Assembly: GCA_046155815.1 (NCBI GenBank)
Contig: JBJXFY010000021.1
Coordinates: forward strand, 1-59,780
Length of the DNA: 59,780 nucleotides
Direction of reading: 5' to 3'
From: Limisphaerales bacterium
Lineage (GTDB): Bacteria > Verrucomicrobiota > Verrucomicrobiia > Limisphaerales > CAIMTB01
Position 1 is the first letter of the stretch, and each line of letters begins with the position of its first letter. Both the position numbers and the translations under genes were made by a program. The notes under the pieces are model-generated. The model was given only the letters and a program-made list of their open reading frames with translations, made no database searches and was not told where the DNA came from. This document shows positions 8,124-16,617 of this stretch, in pieces.

Positions 8124-8235
8124 GGAAATTCCAAGCCCCAAGCTTTAAGTTCCACGGGCCAAACCCTGCTGCTGCGTGCGCCTTGGAGCTTGGGGTTGGG
8201 AGCTTTCTTGGAGCTTGGAACCTGGTCCTTGGATT
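8124..8235. repeat. REP-like element: imperfect inverted repeat TCCAAGCCCCAAGCT / AGCTTGGGGTTGGGA plus direct repeat TTGGAGCTTGG x2
   Basis: Inverted arms at 8130..8144 and 8187..8201 (13/15 complementary). TTGGAGCTTGG occurs at 8183..8193 and 8208..8218. Fills the DAHP synthase-hisF spacer. Confidence 0.6.
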
Positions 8236-8242
8236 TTTCCTG

Positions 8243-9019
8243 ATGCTCGCCAAACGCCTCATCCCCTGCCTCGACGTGCATGACGGGCACGTCACGCGCG
8301 GCGCGCAGTTCGGCCGCGCTGAGGCCGGCGGCCTGCGCAACGTGGGCGACCCGGTCGCCCTGGCCATGCGTTACAACGAGCAGGGAGCGGACGAGCTGGT
8401 TTTCTACGACATCACCGCCAGCGCGCACGGCCGCGCGACGATGGTGGACGTGATCGAGCGCACCGCCTCGGAGTGCTTCATGCCGCTCACCGTGGGCGGC
8501 GGCCTCCGCAGCGTGGAGGACATGTACGCCATGCTTCGCGCCGGCGCGGACAAGGTGAGCCTCAACTCCTCCGCGCTGAGGACGCCGGACCTGATCCGCG
8601 CCGGGGCGGAGAAGTTCGGCAGCCAGTGCATCGTGGTCTCGCTGGACGTGAAGCGCGTCGCGCCGGACCGCTGGGAGGTCTTCGCGAAGGGCGGCCGCGA
8701 GGCCACGGGCCGCGAGGCGCTGGCGTGGGCGCGGGAGGCCGTGGCGCTCGGGGCCGGGGAGATCGTGCTGAACAGCATGGACGCGGACGGCATGAAGACC
8801 GGGTACGACCTCGAGATCACGCGGCGCGTGAGCGACGCCGTGCCCGTGCCGGTGGTGGCCAGCGGCGGCGCCGGCGCGCTCGAGCACCTGGCCGACGTGC
8901 TGACGCTTGGCCACGCGGACGCCGCGCTGGCCGCGAGCATCTTCCACTACGGCACGTTCACGATTCCGCAGGCGAAGGAGTTCCTCGCCGCGCGCGGCGT
9001 GGCGGTGCGGCCGGTTTGA
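8243..9019 (+). CDS. hisF: imidazole glycerol phosphate synthase cyclase subunit
   Basis: ORF 8087..9019. ATG at 8243 gives [20 protein letters not shown]...[12 protein letters not shown]...GGGLRS...VVASGGAG, the HisF pattern. The upstream part of the ORF is the REP-like spacer. Confidence 0.9.
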   Translation: MLAKRLIPCLDVHDGHVTRGAQFGRAEAGGLRNVGDPVALAMRYNEQGADELVFYDITASAHGRATMVDVIERTASECFMPLTVGGGLRSVEDMYAMLRAGADKVSLNSSALRTPDLIRAGAEKFGSQCIVVSLDVKRVAPDRWEVFAKGGREATGREALAWAREAVALGAGEIVLNSMDADGMKTGYDLEITRRVSDAVPVPVVASGGAGALEHLADVLTLGHADAALAASIFHYGTFTIPQAKEFLAARGVAVRPV

Positions 9020-9069
9020 AGAATTCGCCGTGGCGGGAGGACGCCCGGCCAGCCATCCTACCCCTTCTG

Positions 9070-9456
9070 ATGAGCTTTCTGGACCCGTTGAAGTTCACCG
9101 CCGACGGCCTCATTCCCGCGATCATCCAGGACCATGCGGACGGGCGGGTGCTAATGATGGCGTGGATGAACCGCGCCTCGCTCGAGCAGACCATCGCGAC
9201 CGGCCTCACGCACTTCTGGAGCCGTTCGCGGCAGAAGTTCTGGATGAAGGGCGAGTCCAGCGGCCATGTGCAGCGGGTGAAGGACATCGCCTTCGACTGC
9301 GACGGCGACACGCTGCTCATCCGCGTGGAGCAGACGGGCGCAGCCTGCCACGAGGGCTACCGCTCGTGCTTCTTCCGCTCGATTCGTGGCGGCAGCGCAG
9401 CGGAGGTGACCGAGCCGAGGCTGCAGGATCCCGACGAGATTTATGGCCGGAAGTGA
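9070..9456 (+). CDS. hisI: phosphoribosyl-AMP cyclohydrolase
   Basis: 3' part of ORF 8473..9456. ATG at 9070 gives [41 protein letters not shown]...[18 protein letters not shown]...[27 protein letters not shown]. Confidence 0.9.
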   Translation: MSFLDPLKFTADGLIPAIIQDHADGRVLMMAWMNRASLEQTIATGLTHFWSRSRQKFWMKGESSGHVQRVKDIAFDCDGDTLLIRVEQTGAACHEGYRSCFFRSIRGGSAAEVTEPRLQDPDEIYGRK

Positions 9457-10042
9457 CGCCTTCGGGCCGGACGAGTTCGTCGCGTTCGGGTCGCTGGCGC
9501 ACGCGGGTTTTGCGCTGCTGCTCGGCTTCGCGCGCGGGGCGGACCTGCTGAGCACGTGGATCGCCACGCCGACGCTGGCGCTCGAGGCGAACCCCGTCGC
9601 CCGCCGGCTCGGCTGGCGCGGCGGGGCGGCCTTCAACCTCGCGGGCTGCGTGCTGCTCGGCCTGTGGCCGCTGCTCGCCATCGCCGTGGCCACCACCAGC
9701 CTGCTCGTGGCCGCGCACAACCTCGACTCCGCCTGGCTCATGCGCCTGTACGGCGAGAGCGGCTACCGCCTGTGGCGGGCGGACACGCTCCGCAACGGCC
9801 GGCGCGGCGAGTTCATCTTGCTGCTCGTGACGCGGATGGGCCTCTTCGCGCTGCTCGGGGCGGGCCTCATGCTCTTCAGCGGCCTGCGGCTCGTGCCGTT
9901 CGCGGTCGGGCTGGGCGTGGTGACCTACGCGGTGGCCGTGGTGTTCTACACGCTGCTGGCGCTGCGCCGCTTGCGGCCGGCCCCCGGGATGGACCCGCTC
10001 CCCGGCACCGCCGGCATCCCCCACCGTGAACCGGGAGTTTGA
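9443..10042 (+). CDS. hypothetical polytopic membrane protein
   Basis: ORF 9443..10042. Has 4-5 hydrophobic segments and ordinary amino-acid composition. Overlaps the hisI stop by 14 nt and the next gene's start by 17 nt, an operon-like arrangement. Confidence 0.5.
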   Translation: MAGSDAFGPDEFVAFGSLAHAGFALLLGFARGADLLSTWIATPTLALEANPVARRLGWRGGAAFNLAGCVLLGLWPLLAIAVATTSLLVAAHNLDSAWLMRLYGESGYRLWRADTLRNGRRGEFILLLVTRMGLFALLGAGLMLFSGLRLVPFAVGLGVVTYAVAVVFYTLLALRRLRPAPGMDPLPGTAGIPHREPGV

Positions 10043-11603
10043 CCTCGCCATCGTCGGCTCGGGTTTCGGCGGGTCGCTGCTGGCGATGGTGGCGCGGCGC
10101 CTGGGCCGGACGGTCGCGCTGCTGGAGAGGGGGACGCACCCGCGCTTCGTCATCGGCGAATCCTCGACGCCGCTGGCGAACCTGCTCCTGGAGGAACTCG
10201 CCGACGCGTACGGCCTGCCGCGACTCAAGCCGCTCGTGAAATGGGGCGCCTGGCGCGCGGCGTACCCGGACCTGCCCGTCGGGCTGAAGCGCGGGTTCAC
10301 CTTCTTCCATCACCGTCTCGGCGAGGCGTTCACCGACGACACCACGCGCGGCCGGCAACTGCTCGTGGCCGCCAGCCCGCATGACGGGATCGCCGACACG
10401 CACTGGTACCGGCCGGCCTTCGACCACTTCCTGGTGCGCGAGGCGGAGGCGCTGGGCGTGGAGTACCGCGACCGCTGCGAGGTGATGGAAGTGAAGGTTT
10501 CGCCCGCCGGCGCGGCGCTGACCTGCCGGCGGGACGGCCGGGAAGAAATGCTTCAGGCCCGGTTCGTCGCGGATGCCGGCAACAACCCCCGCGGCGTGCT
10601 GGCGCGCTCGCTCGGCCTCGCCGAACGGCCCGCGCCCACGATGCCCGCGACGCAGGCGCTGTACGCCCATTTCCACGGCGTGCGGCGGCTGGACGCGCTG
10701 CCCATCACGCCGGCGATCGCCTCCGCGCCATACCCGGCGGATGACGCGGCGGTGCATCACTGCTTCCCCGGCGGGTGGATCTGGGTGCTGCGCTTCGATC
10801 ATGGCATCACCAGCGCAGGCGTGGCGGCGGAGGACGCGCTGGCCCGCAAGCTGAACCTCGCGGAGGGCGCTCCGGCATGGGCGCGGCTGCTGGCGCGGCT
10901 GCCGACGGTGCGCGCGCAGTTTGCCGGCGCGGAGCCGGTCACGCCGTTCGTCCACGCGCCGCGGCTGACCTTCGGCGTCGGGCCGGCGGCGGGGCCGGGC
11001 TGGGCGCTGCTGCCTTCGGCGGCGGGTTTCGTGGACCCGATGATGTCCACGGGCTTCACGCTGACGCTGCTGGGAATCCACCGGCTGGCGCGGGCGTTCC
11101 AGGAGGCGTGGGGCACGCCCGCGCTGGCCGCCCATCTCGCGACCTACGCCGACGACACGCGCGCGGACTGGGCGGCCGTCGAGCGGCTGCTCGGCGCGCT
11201 GTACGCCAGCCTCGGCGACCCGGCGGCCTTCAACGAGGTGGCCCGGCTTTACTTCGCGGCGGTGATCTACGGCGAGACGGCGCGGCGGCTCGGGCGGCCG
11301 GAAGTCGCGGGCGGCCTGCTGCTGCGTAGCCACCCGGAGTTCGGGCCGGCGCTGAAGGAGCTTGGTCTCCTGGCCTTGCATCGGCAGGAAAGCTCCGGTC
11401 TGGATCGTTCCCGACACGCCGCGGCACTAGGTGCCGGAGTCGCCGCGCTGCTCGCCCGCTGCGATCTGGGCGGGCTGGCCGACCTGGACAGACGGAACTG
11501 GCACCCCGTGCTGGCCGCCGACCTGCTGGACCACCGCGGCCGCATCGGCGCGACGGAGGCGGAATGCCGCGCGTTGCTGGCGCGGGCAGGGTTCGTTGGA
11601 TGA
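10026..11603 (+). CDS. FAD-dependent oxidoreductase (flavin halogenase/monooxygenase-like fold)
   Basis: ORF 10026..11603 with GTG start. N-terminal dinucleotide motif [26 protein letters not shown] resembles the WxWxI motif of flavin-dependent halogenases. Function not assignable. Confidence 0.65.
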   Translation: MNREFDLAIVGSGFGGSLLAMVARRLGRTVALLERGTHPRFVIGESSTPLANLLLEELADAYGLPRLKPLVKWGAWRAAYPDLPVGLKRGFTFFHHRLGEAFTDDTTRGRQLLVAASPHDGIADTHWYRPAFDHFLVREAEALGVEYRDRCEVMEVKVSPAGAALTCRRDGREEMLQARFVADAGNNPRGVLARSLGLAERPAPTMPATQALYAHFHGVRRLDALPITPAIASAPYPADDAAVHHCFPGGWIWVLRFDHGITSAGVAAEDALARKLNLAEGAPAWARLLARLPTVRAQFAGAEPVTPFVHAPRLTFGVGPAAGPGWALLPSAAGFVDPMMSTGFTLTLLGIHRLARAFQEAWGTPALAAHLATYADDTRADWAAVERLLGALYASLGDPAAFNEVARLYFAAVIYGETARRLGRPEVAGGLLLRSHPEFGPALKELGLLALHRQESSGLDRSRHAAALGAGVAALLARCDLGGLADLDRRNWHPVLAADLLDHRGRIGATEAECRALLARAGFVG

Positions 11604-11715
11604 CGCGGCCGGGCGCCGCGGACACCTGCGGCGACGTGGCCTCGCCGCCACGGGCATCCTGCCAGCAAGGTGACGGCGGCACGTTCAGGCCGGCCCGCTT
11701 GCCGCGCGGGGTGCG

Positions 11716-13158
11716 ATGCCTAGCTTCCCCCCAATGAATGCGCGCCGCCTTTTCCTCACCGTCGCCGCGCTGCTGCTGGGATTCGCCACGCCGGCCATCC
11801 AGCGGGCGGAGCCGCCCGCGGAAGCCGCCCCGGCCGCGCCAGGCAAGGTCTTCATCCTGCCCATCCGCGGCGACATCATGCCGCCGATGACCTACGTGGT
11901 GCGCCGCGGCGTGAAGGAGGCGATGGACGCGCAGGCCGGCACGCTGGTGATTGACCTGGAGACCAACGGCGGGCGGGTGGACGTGACGGAGGAAATCCTC
12001 GGCATTCTCGGCCGCTTCCCCGGCCGCACGGTGACCTTTGTCAACGCGAAGGCCTTCTCCGCCGGGGCGTTCATCGCCTTCGGCACCCAGGAAATCTGGA
12101 TGGCGCCGGAGAGCGTCATCGGGGCCGCCGCGCCGATGGCGATGGGGCCGGGCGGGATGCCGGTCGAGCTGCCGGCCACGGTCGAGGCCAAGATGAACTC
12201 CGGGCTGAAGGCGCTCATCCGCACCCGGGCGGAGAAGTACGGGCACAACTTCGCCGTGATCGAGGCGATGATGGACCCGGACAAGGAGCTGAAGGTCGGC
12301 GACGAGGTGCTGAACGCGAAGGGGGACATCCTCACGCTCACGAACAACGAGGCGGAGCGGAAGTTCGGCGAGCCGCCGCAGCCGCTCGTCTCGCGCGGCA
12401 CGGTGGCGAGCCTGGAAGCGCTGCTGGACCGGCTCGGCGCGCCGGCGGACGGCCGCGTGCAAATCCAGCCGACGGGCGTGGAACGGTTCGGGTTCTGGCT
12501 GAACGCCATCAGTCCGCTGCTGCTCGCACTGGGCATCGTGGGGGTTTACATGGAATTCAAGACACCGGGCTTCGGCGTGCCGGGGGTCGTGGCGATCTGC
12601 GCCTTCGCGCTCTACTTCCTCGGCGGCTATCTGGCGGGGCTGTCGGGCATGGAGTGGATTCTCGTGTTTGCGCTGGGCCTCGCACTGGTGGCGGTGGAGC
12701 TGTTCTTCTTCCCCGGCACGATCCTAGTCGGAGCAACGGGGGCGACGCTGATGTTCGTCGCACTGGTGATGGCGGCGGTGGACCATTATCCGGGCATGCC
12801 GGCGGTGCCGGCCGTCGGCGCCCTGCGACTGCCGGTGCAGAACCTCGTGGTGGCGGCCCTGCTCACGCTCGGGCTGGGCTGGGCGGCCATGAAGATCCTG
12901 CCCCACACGCCGATGCAGCGCCTCGCGGTGTCACGCGGCACGAGCGGGACGCAGACCGAGCGGGCCATCGCCGAGGCGCAGGCGCGCGAGCTGGGCCTGA
13001 CCGGCGTCGCGATCTCGCCGCTGCGGCCGGGCGGCAAGGCGCAGTTCGGCGACCTGCTCCTCGACGTGGTGACCCAAGGCGAGCTCATCCCGCCCGGCAG
13101 CCCGGTGCGGGTGATCGGCCACCGGGGCCACGAGGCGCTGGTCGCGCTGGCGGGTTGA
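11716..13158 (+). CDS. NfeD-family membrane-bound ClpP-class serine protease
   Basis: ORF 11716..13158 (alternative ATG at 11734 gives MNARRLFLTVAALLLG). Has a ClpP-like region (VFILPIRGDIMPPMTYVVRRG...ETNGGRVD...AFSAGAFIA), four TM segments and a C-terminal NfeD OB-like tail (GKAQFGDLLLDVVTQGELIPPGSPVRVIG). Confidence 0.75.
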   Translation: MPSFPPMNARRLFLTVAALLLGFATPAIQRAEPPAEAAPAAPGKVFILPIRGDIMPPMTYVVRRGVKEAMDAQAGTLVIDLETNGGRVDVTEEILGILGRFPGRTVTFVNAKAFSAGAFIAFGTQEIWMAPESVIGAAAPMAMGPGGMPVELPATVEAKMNSGLKALIRTRAEKYGHNFAVIEAMMDPDKELKVGDEVLNAKGDILTLTNNEAERKFGEPPQPLVSRGTVASLEALLDRLGAPADGRVQIQPTGVERFGFWLNAISPLLLALGIVGVYMEFKTPGFGVPGVVAICAFALYFLGGYLAGLSGMEWILVFALGLALVAVELFFFPGTILVGATGATLMFVALVMAAVDHYPGMPAVPAVGALRLPVQNLVVAALLTLGLGWAAMKILPHTPMQRLAVSRGTSGTQTERAIAEAQARELGLTGVAISPLRPGGKAQFGDLLLDVVTQGELIPPGSPVRVIGHRGHEALVALAG

Positions 13159-13255
13159 GCCGCCGTGGACAAAAAGTTGTCAATCGTGGCCTTCCGCGGC
13201 CGGTCGGGCTTTCGCCTTGCGACGCCCGCCGCCGGTTTGTCAGGCTGAAGGCGTC

Positions 13256-14011
13256 ATGGCGGCCATCGGGCGATTCCAGAAGGGTGAGGACATTTTCCAC
13301 GCCAAGGTGGTGGACGGGGAACTCTTCCGCCTCCAGGGCGACGTGTTTGGCTCGCCCTCCTTCGACAAGAAACCCACGCCCGCCAGGGGCCTCAAGCTGC
13401 TGACGCCCGTCGCGCCGTCGAAGGTCATCGCCGTGGGCCTGAACTACGCGGACCACGCGCGCGAGGCCGGCAAGCCGCTGCCCAAGGAGCCGCTCTTTTG
13501 GCTCAAGGCGCCGACTTCCCTCATCCCCGACGGCGCCAAGATCGAGGTGCCCTTTCCCGAGCACCGCACGGATTTCGAGGCGGAGCTGGCCATCATCATC
13601 GGCCGGCGCATCCGCAACGTCACGCCCGCCGCCGCCTCCCGCTACATCCTTGGCTACACCGCCGCGCAGGACGTCAGCGACCGCACGATCCAGAACTCCG
13701 AGAGCCAGTTCGCGCGCTGCAAGAGCTTCGACACCTTCACCCCGCTCGGGCCGTACGTGGAGACGAAGGTTGACCCGCACGACCTGACCATCCAGCTCTT
13801 CCAGAACGGCCAGCTCCGGCAGAACAGCAACACCAGCCAGCTCATCTTCAACTGCTACCAGATCGTCAGCTTCATCTCGACGAACCTGACCCTGCTGCCC
13901 GGCGACGTGATCCTCACCGGCACGCCGAGCGGCGTCGGCCCGATCCAGGGCGGCGACCGGCTCGAGGTGCGCATCCAGGGGCTGGCGCCGCTGGTCAATA
14001 CGGTGAAGTAG
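13256..14011 (+). CDS. fumarylacetoacetate hydrolase (FAH) family protein
   Basis: ORF 13217..14011, ATG at 13256. Contains KVIAVGLNYADHAREAG...FEAELAIIIGR...GYTAAQDVSDR...KSFDTFTPLGP...LLPGDVILTGTPSGVGP. Confidence 0.85.
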   Translation: MAAIGRFQKGEDIFHAKVVDGELFRLQGDVFGSPSFDKKPTPARGLKLLTPVAPSKVIAVGLNYADHAREAGKPLPKEPLFWLKAPTSLIPDGAKIEVPFPEHRTDFEAELAIIIGRRIRNVTPAAASRYILGYTAAQDVSDRTIQNSESQFARCKSFDTFTPLGPYVETKVDPHDLTIQLFQNGQLRQNSNTSQLIFNCYQIVSFISTNLTLLPGDVILTGTPSGVGPIQGGDRLEVRIQGLAPLVNTVK

Positions 14012-14116
14012 CCCGCACCGCCGCCGCGTGCGGGGCCTGCCCACCGCCCCGGACCAAGGTTCGCCATCCGGTGCTTGTCGCGGGCTGGTTCTGCCCGCTT
14101 ACTCCCGCCCCTGTTC

Positions 14117-15871
14117 ATGCGCTGGACCCAAACCTTTATTCCGACGCTGAAGGAAGTTCCTTCGGACGCCGAGATCATCTCCCACCAGCTCCTGCTGCGC
14201 GCCGGCCTCGTGCGCAAGCTGACTGGCGGCCTCTACACCTTCCTCCCGCTCGGCGTCCGCGCCCTCCGCAAGGTCGAACGCATCGTCCGCGAGGAAATGG
14301 ACCGCGCCGGCGCGCTCGAGGTCCAGATGCCCGCCCTCCAGCCGCCTGACATCTGGCAGGCTTCCGGCCGCTACGAAACCGCCGCGTCCGTGCTCTTCAA
14401 GGTGCGAGACTCGGCCAAGAAGGAATGGGTGCTCAGCCCCACCGCCGAGGAGGTCATCACCACGCTCGCCGCCGGCGAGATCAATTCCTACCGGCAGATG
14501 CCGGTGAACTTCTACCAGGTCACGCTCAAGTTCCGCGACGAGATCCGCCCGCGCTTCGGCCTCATGCGCGCCAAGGAGTTCATCATGAAGGACGCCTACT
14601 CCTTCGACGCGACCGACGAGGGCGCCATGGCGAGCTACCGGAAGATGTATGACGCCTACACGCGCATCTTCGCCCGCTGCGGGCTGACGGTGTTTCCCGT
14701 CGAGGCCGACACCGGCGTCATCGGCGGCAACTACTCCCATGAGTTCATGGTGCCGGCGGAGACGGGCGAGAACGAGGTGGTCTATTGTGAGTCCGGCGAG
14801 TACGCGGCGAACATCGAGAAGGCCGTCAGCCGCGGCCCGCTCACGCCCACGCCCGCGGTCTCGACCGGGGCGGCACCGGAGAAGTTTCCCACGCCAGGCG
14901 TCCTCACCATCGAGGCGCTGGCGGCTGCACCCTACTCCGTGCCACCGCACGCTCAGATCAAGACGCTGGTGTACGTCTTGGACACGAAGCCCGCACTGAT
15001 CCTGCTGCGCGGCGACGACCAGCTCAACGAGGCCAAGCTCATGGCCCGCACGGGCGCGACCCACACCCGGCCGGCCACCGTCGAGGAATGCGTCGCCACC
15101 CTCGGCGCGAAGCCCGGTTCCCTCGGCGCCGTGGCCAACGTCCCCGCCGGCGTGAAGGTTTATGCCGACGAGCAGCTTCGCGGCTCGAAGGGCATGACCA
15201 CCGGCGCCAACGAGGACGGCTTCCACCTCCGCCACGTTGAGCTGGACCGCGACCTCCGGGTCACTCACTGGGCCGACTTCCGCACCGTGAACGCCGGCGA
15301 GCTGTGCGCGGCGACCGGCCGGCCGCTGAAGATCCGCCGCGCCATCGAGGTCGGCCACGTCTTCAAGCTGGGCACCAAGTACAGCGAGAAGTTGAACGCC
15401 ACCTTCCTCGCCGAGGACGGCCAGCGGCGCCCGTGCGTCATGGGCTGCTACGGCATCGGCGTCACGCGCACCCTCCAGGCCGTGCTTGAACAGAGTCATG
15501 ACAAGGACGGCGTGGTCTGGCCCGTGAGCGTCGCGCCCTACGAAGTCTGCCTCACGCCGTTGAACGTGGCCGGTGATTCCGCGCCGATGAAGCTCGCCGA
15601 GAAACTCTACTCCGAGCTCACCGCCGCCGGCATCGAGGTCATCCTCGACGACCGCGACGAACGGCCCGGCTTCAAGTTCAAGGACAGCGAACTGGTCGGC
15701 TTCCCGCTGCGCGTCGGCATCGGCGAGAAATCACTCGCGAAGGGCGAGGTGGAGCTGAAGCCCCGCGGCGGCACATTGCAGGCAGTGAAGGTGGAGGAGG
15801 CCGCGGCCAGGGTGATCGGGTGGATTCAGGCCGAGCGCAGGCGTCTGGCCACCGGGACTCAGGTGCATTGA
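14117..15871 (+). CDS. proS: proline--tRNA ligase
   Basis: ORF 14075..15871. ATG at 14117 gives MRWTQTFIPTLKEVPSDAEIISHQLLLRAGLVRKLTGGLYTFLPLG...FRDEIRPRFGLMRAKEFIMKDAYSF...GCYGIGVTR, with a bacterial-type editing insert. Confidence 0.92.
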   Translation: MRWTQTFIPTLKEVPSDAEIISHQLLLRAGLVRKLTGGLYTFLPLGVRALRKVERIVREEMDRAGALEVQMPALQPPDIWQASGRYETAASVLFKVRDSAKKEWVLSPTAEEVITTLAAGEINSYRQMPVNFYQVTLKFRDEIRPRFGLMRAKEFIMKDAYSFDATDEGAMASYRKMYDAYTRIFARCGLTVFPVEADTGVIGGNYSHEFMVPAETGENEVVYCESGEYAANIEKAVSRGPLTPTPAVSTGAAPEKFPTPGVLTIEALAAAPYSVPPHAQIKTLVYVLDTKPALILLRGDDQLNEAKLMARTGATHTRPATVEECVATLGAKPGSLGAVANVPAGVKVYADEQLRGSKGMTTGANEDGFHLRHVELDRDLRVTHWADFRTVNAGELCAATGRPLKIRRAIEVGHVFKLGTKYSEKLNATFLAEDGQRRPCVMGCYGIGVTRTLQAVLEQSHDKDGVVWPVSVAPYEVCLTPLNVAGDSAPMKLAEKLYSELTAAGIEVILDDRDERPGFKFKDSELVGFPLRVGIGEKSLAKGEVELKPRGGTLQAVKVEEAAARVIGWIQAERRRLATGTQVH

Positions 15872-16599
15872 TTGTAAGTCCACACCGCGCTCGTGGCCGG
15901 GTTCACGACGAAAACGACCTGCACGGAGTTGTCCTCGGCCTCAGGACCAAGCAAGGAGACTCCCAAGGTCTTCTCGCGCGCGGTGACGACAACGATCAGG
16001 AACTGCTCGCCGTCCTCCGGCAGATCCTGCACCGAGAGCGTGCGGTGGCTGCCGGCCGGGAAGAGCGCGAGGTAGGGAACCGGATGGGGGCCTTCAATCG
16101 CAAGGCCACGGGAGGGCAAAACCTCGGGATAGTCCGGATACGGATAGTCGCGGTCAGCCCGGCGGGCGCGGGGCGACTGACTCGCGATGAGGGCGCCGTC
16201 AGGCCCGGGTGCATAGGCCAGCTCCGGCCCCTCGCTGCTTCGGAACGGATGGAAGAGCGGCAGGTCGTCGGCCGGCATGGCAGGCAGGCCGAAGGGCAGC
16301 GAGGACGGCCGGAGGCGGAGCAGAAGATGGGGCCGGCAGCCCTTTGCAGGCCCCTGCCAGGCCAGCTCGTGCGCGCCGCCGAATCGGTTCGGCATTCCGT
16401 CCGTCTCCACCGGCCGGAGCACGATCAGCTGCCCTTGGTACCAGGCCCAAGGAAAGCGCGGCAGGCCGTCTTCCGGATCGTAGAGTGAATCAGGTATCTT
16501 GCAGGGCAGGCCGGCCAGCCGGGCCTTGCGCTCCTCGAGAATCTGCAGGCGTTCCTTCCGCCAAGCCTCAAGGCCGGCCATGAAGTCGGATGCACTCAT
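15859..16599 (-). CDS. hypothetical protein
   Basis: ORF 15859..16599(-). Ordinary composition (W/Y/F/D/E/K present), unlike the Arg/Gly-rich opposite-strand ORFs. Starts 18 nt after the stop of the upstream gene. Its 3' end overlaps the proS stop by 13 nt (convergent). No family recognised. Confidence 0.5.
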   Translation of the reverse strand: MSASDFMAGLEAWRKERLQILEERKARLAGLPCKIPDSLYDPEDGLPRFPWAWYQGQLIVLRPVETDGMPNRFGGAHELAWQGPAKGCRPHLLLRLRPSSLPFGLPAMPADDLPLFHPFRSSEGPELAYAPGPDGALIASQSPRARRADRDYPYPDYPEVLPSRGLAIEGPHPVPYLALFPAGSHRTLSVQDLPEDGEQFLIVVVTAREKTLGVSLLGPEAEDNSVQVVFVVNPATSAVWTYNQCT

Positions 16600-16617
16600 G
16601 CGGACCGAACGGGATCG

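Noticed and set aside
5356-8367. 1003-aa ORF on the minus strand spanning xseA and the DAHP synthase gene
   Set aside because: It is extremely Arg/Ala/Gly/Pro-rich and has no recognisable motifs. It lies antisense to two genes with unambiguous family signatures. This is the typical stop-codon-poor shadow ORF of high-GC DNA.
9443-10042. Assigning a named family (for example a specific DUF) to the membrane protein between hisI and the FAD oxidoreductase
   Set aside because: I could not recall a diagnostic motif with confidence. It is left as a hypothetical membrane protein.
14012-14034. Intrinsic terminator after the FAH-family gene (stem CCCGCAC/GTGCGGG)
   Set aside because: The stem is only 7 bp with a 9-nt loop and has no downstream T-tract. 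This is too weak to call in a GC-rich genome where such hairpins arise by chance.
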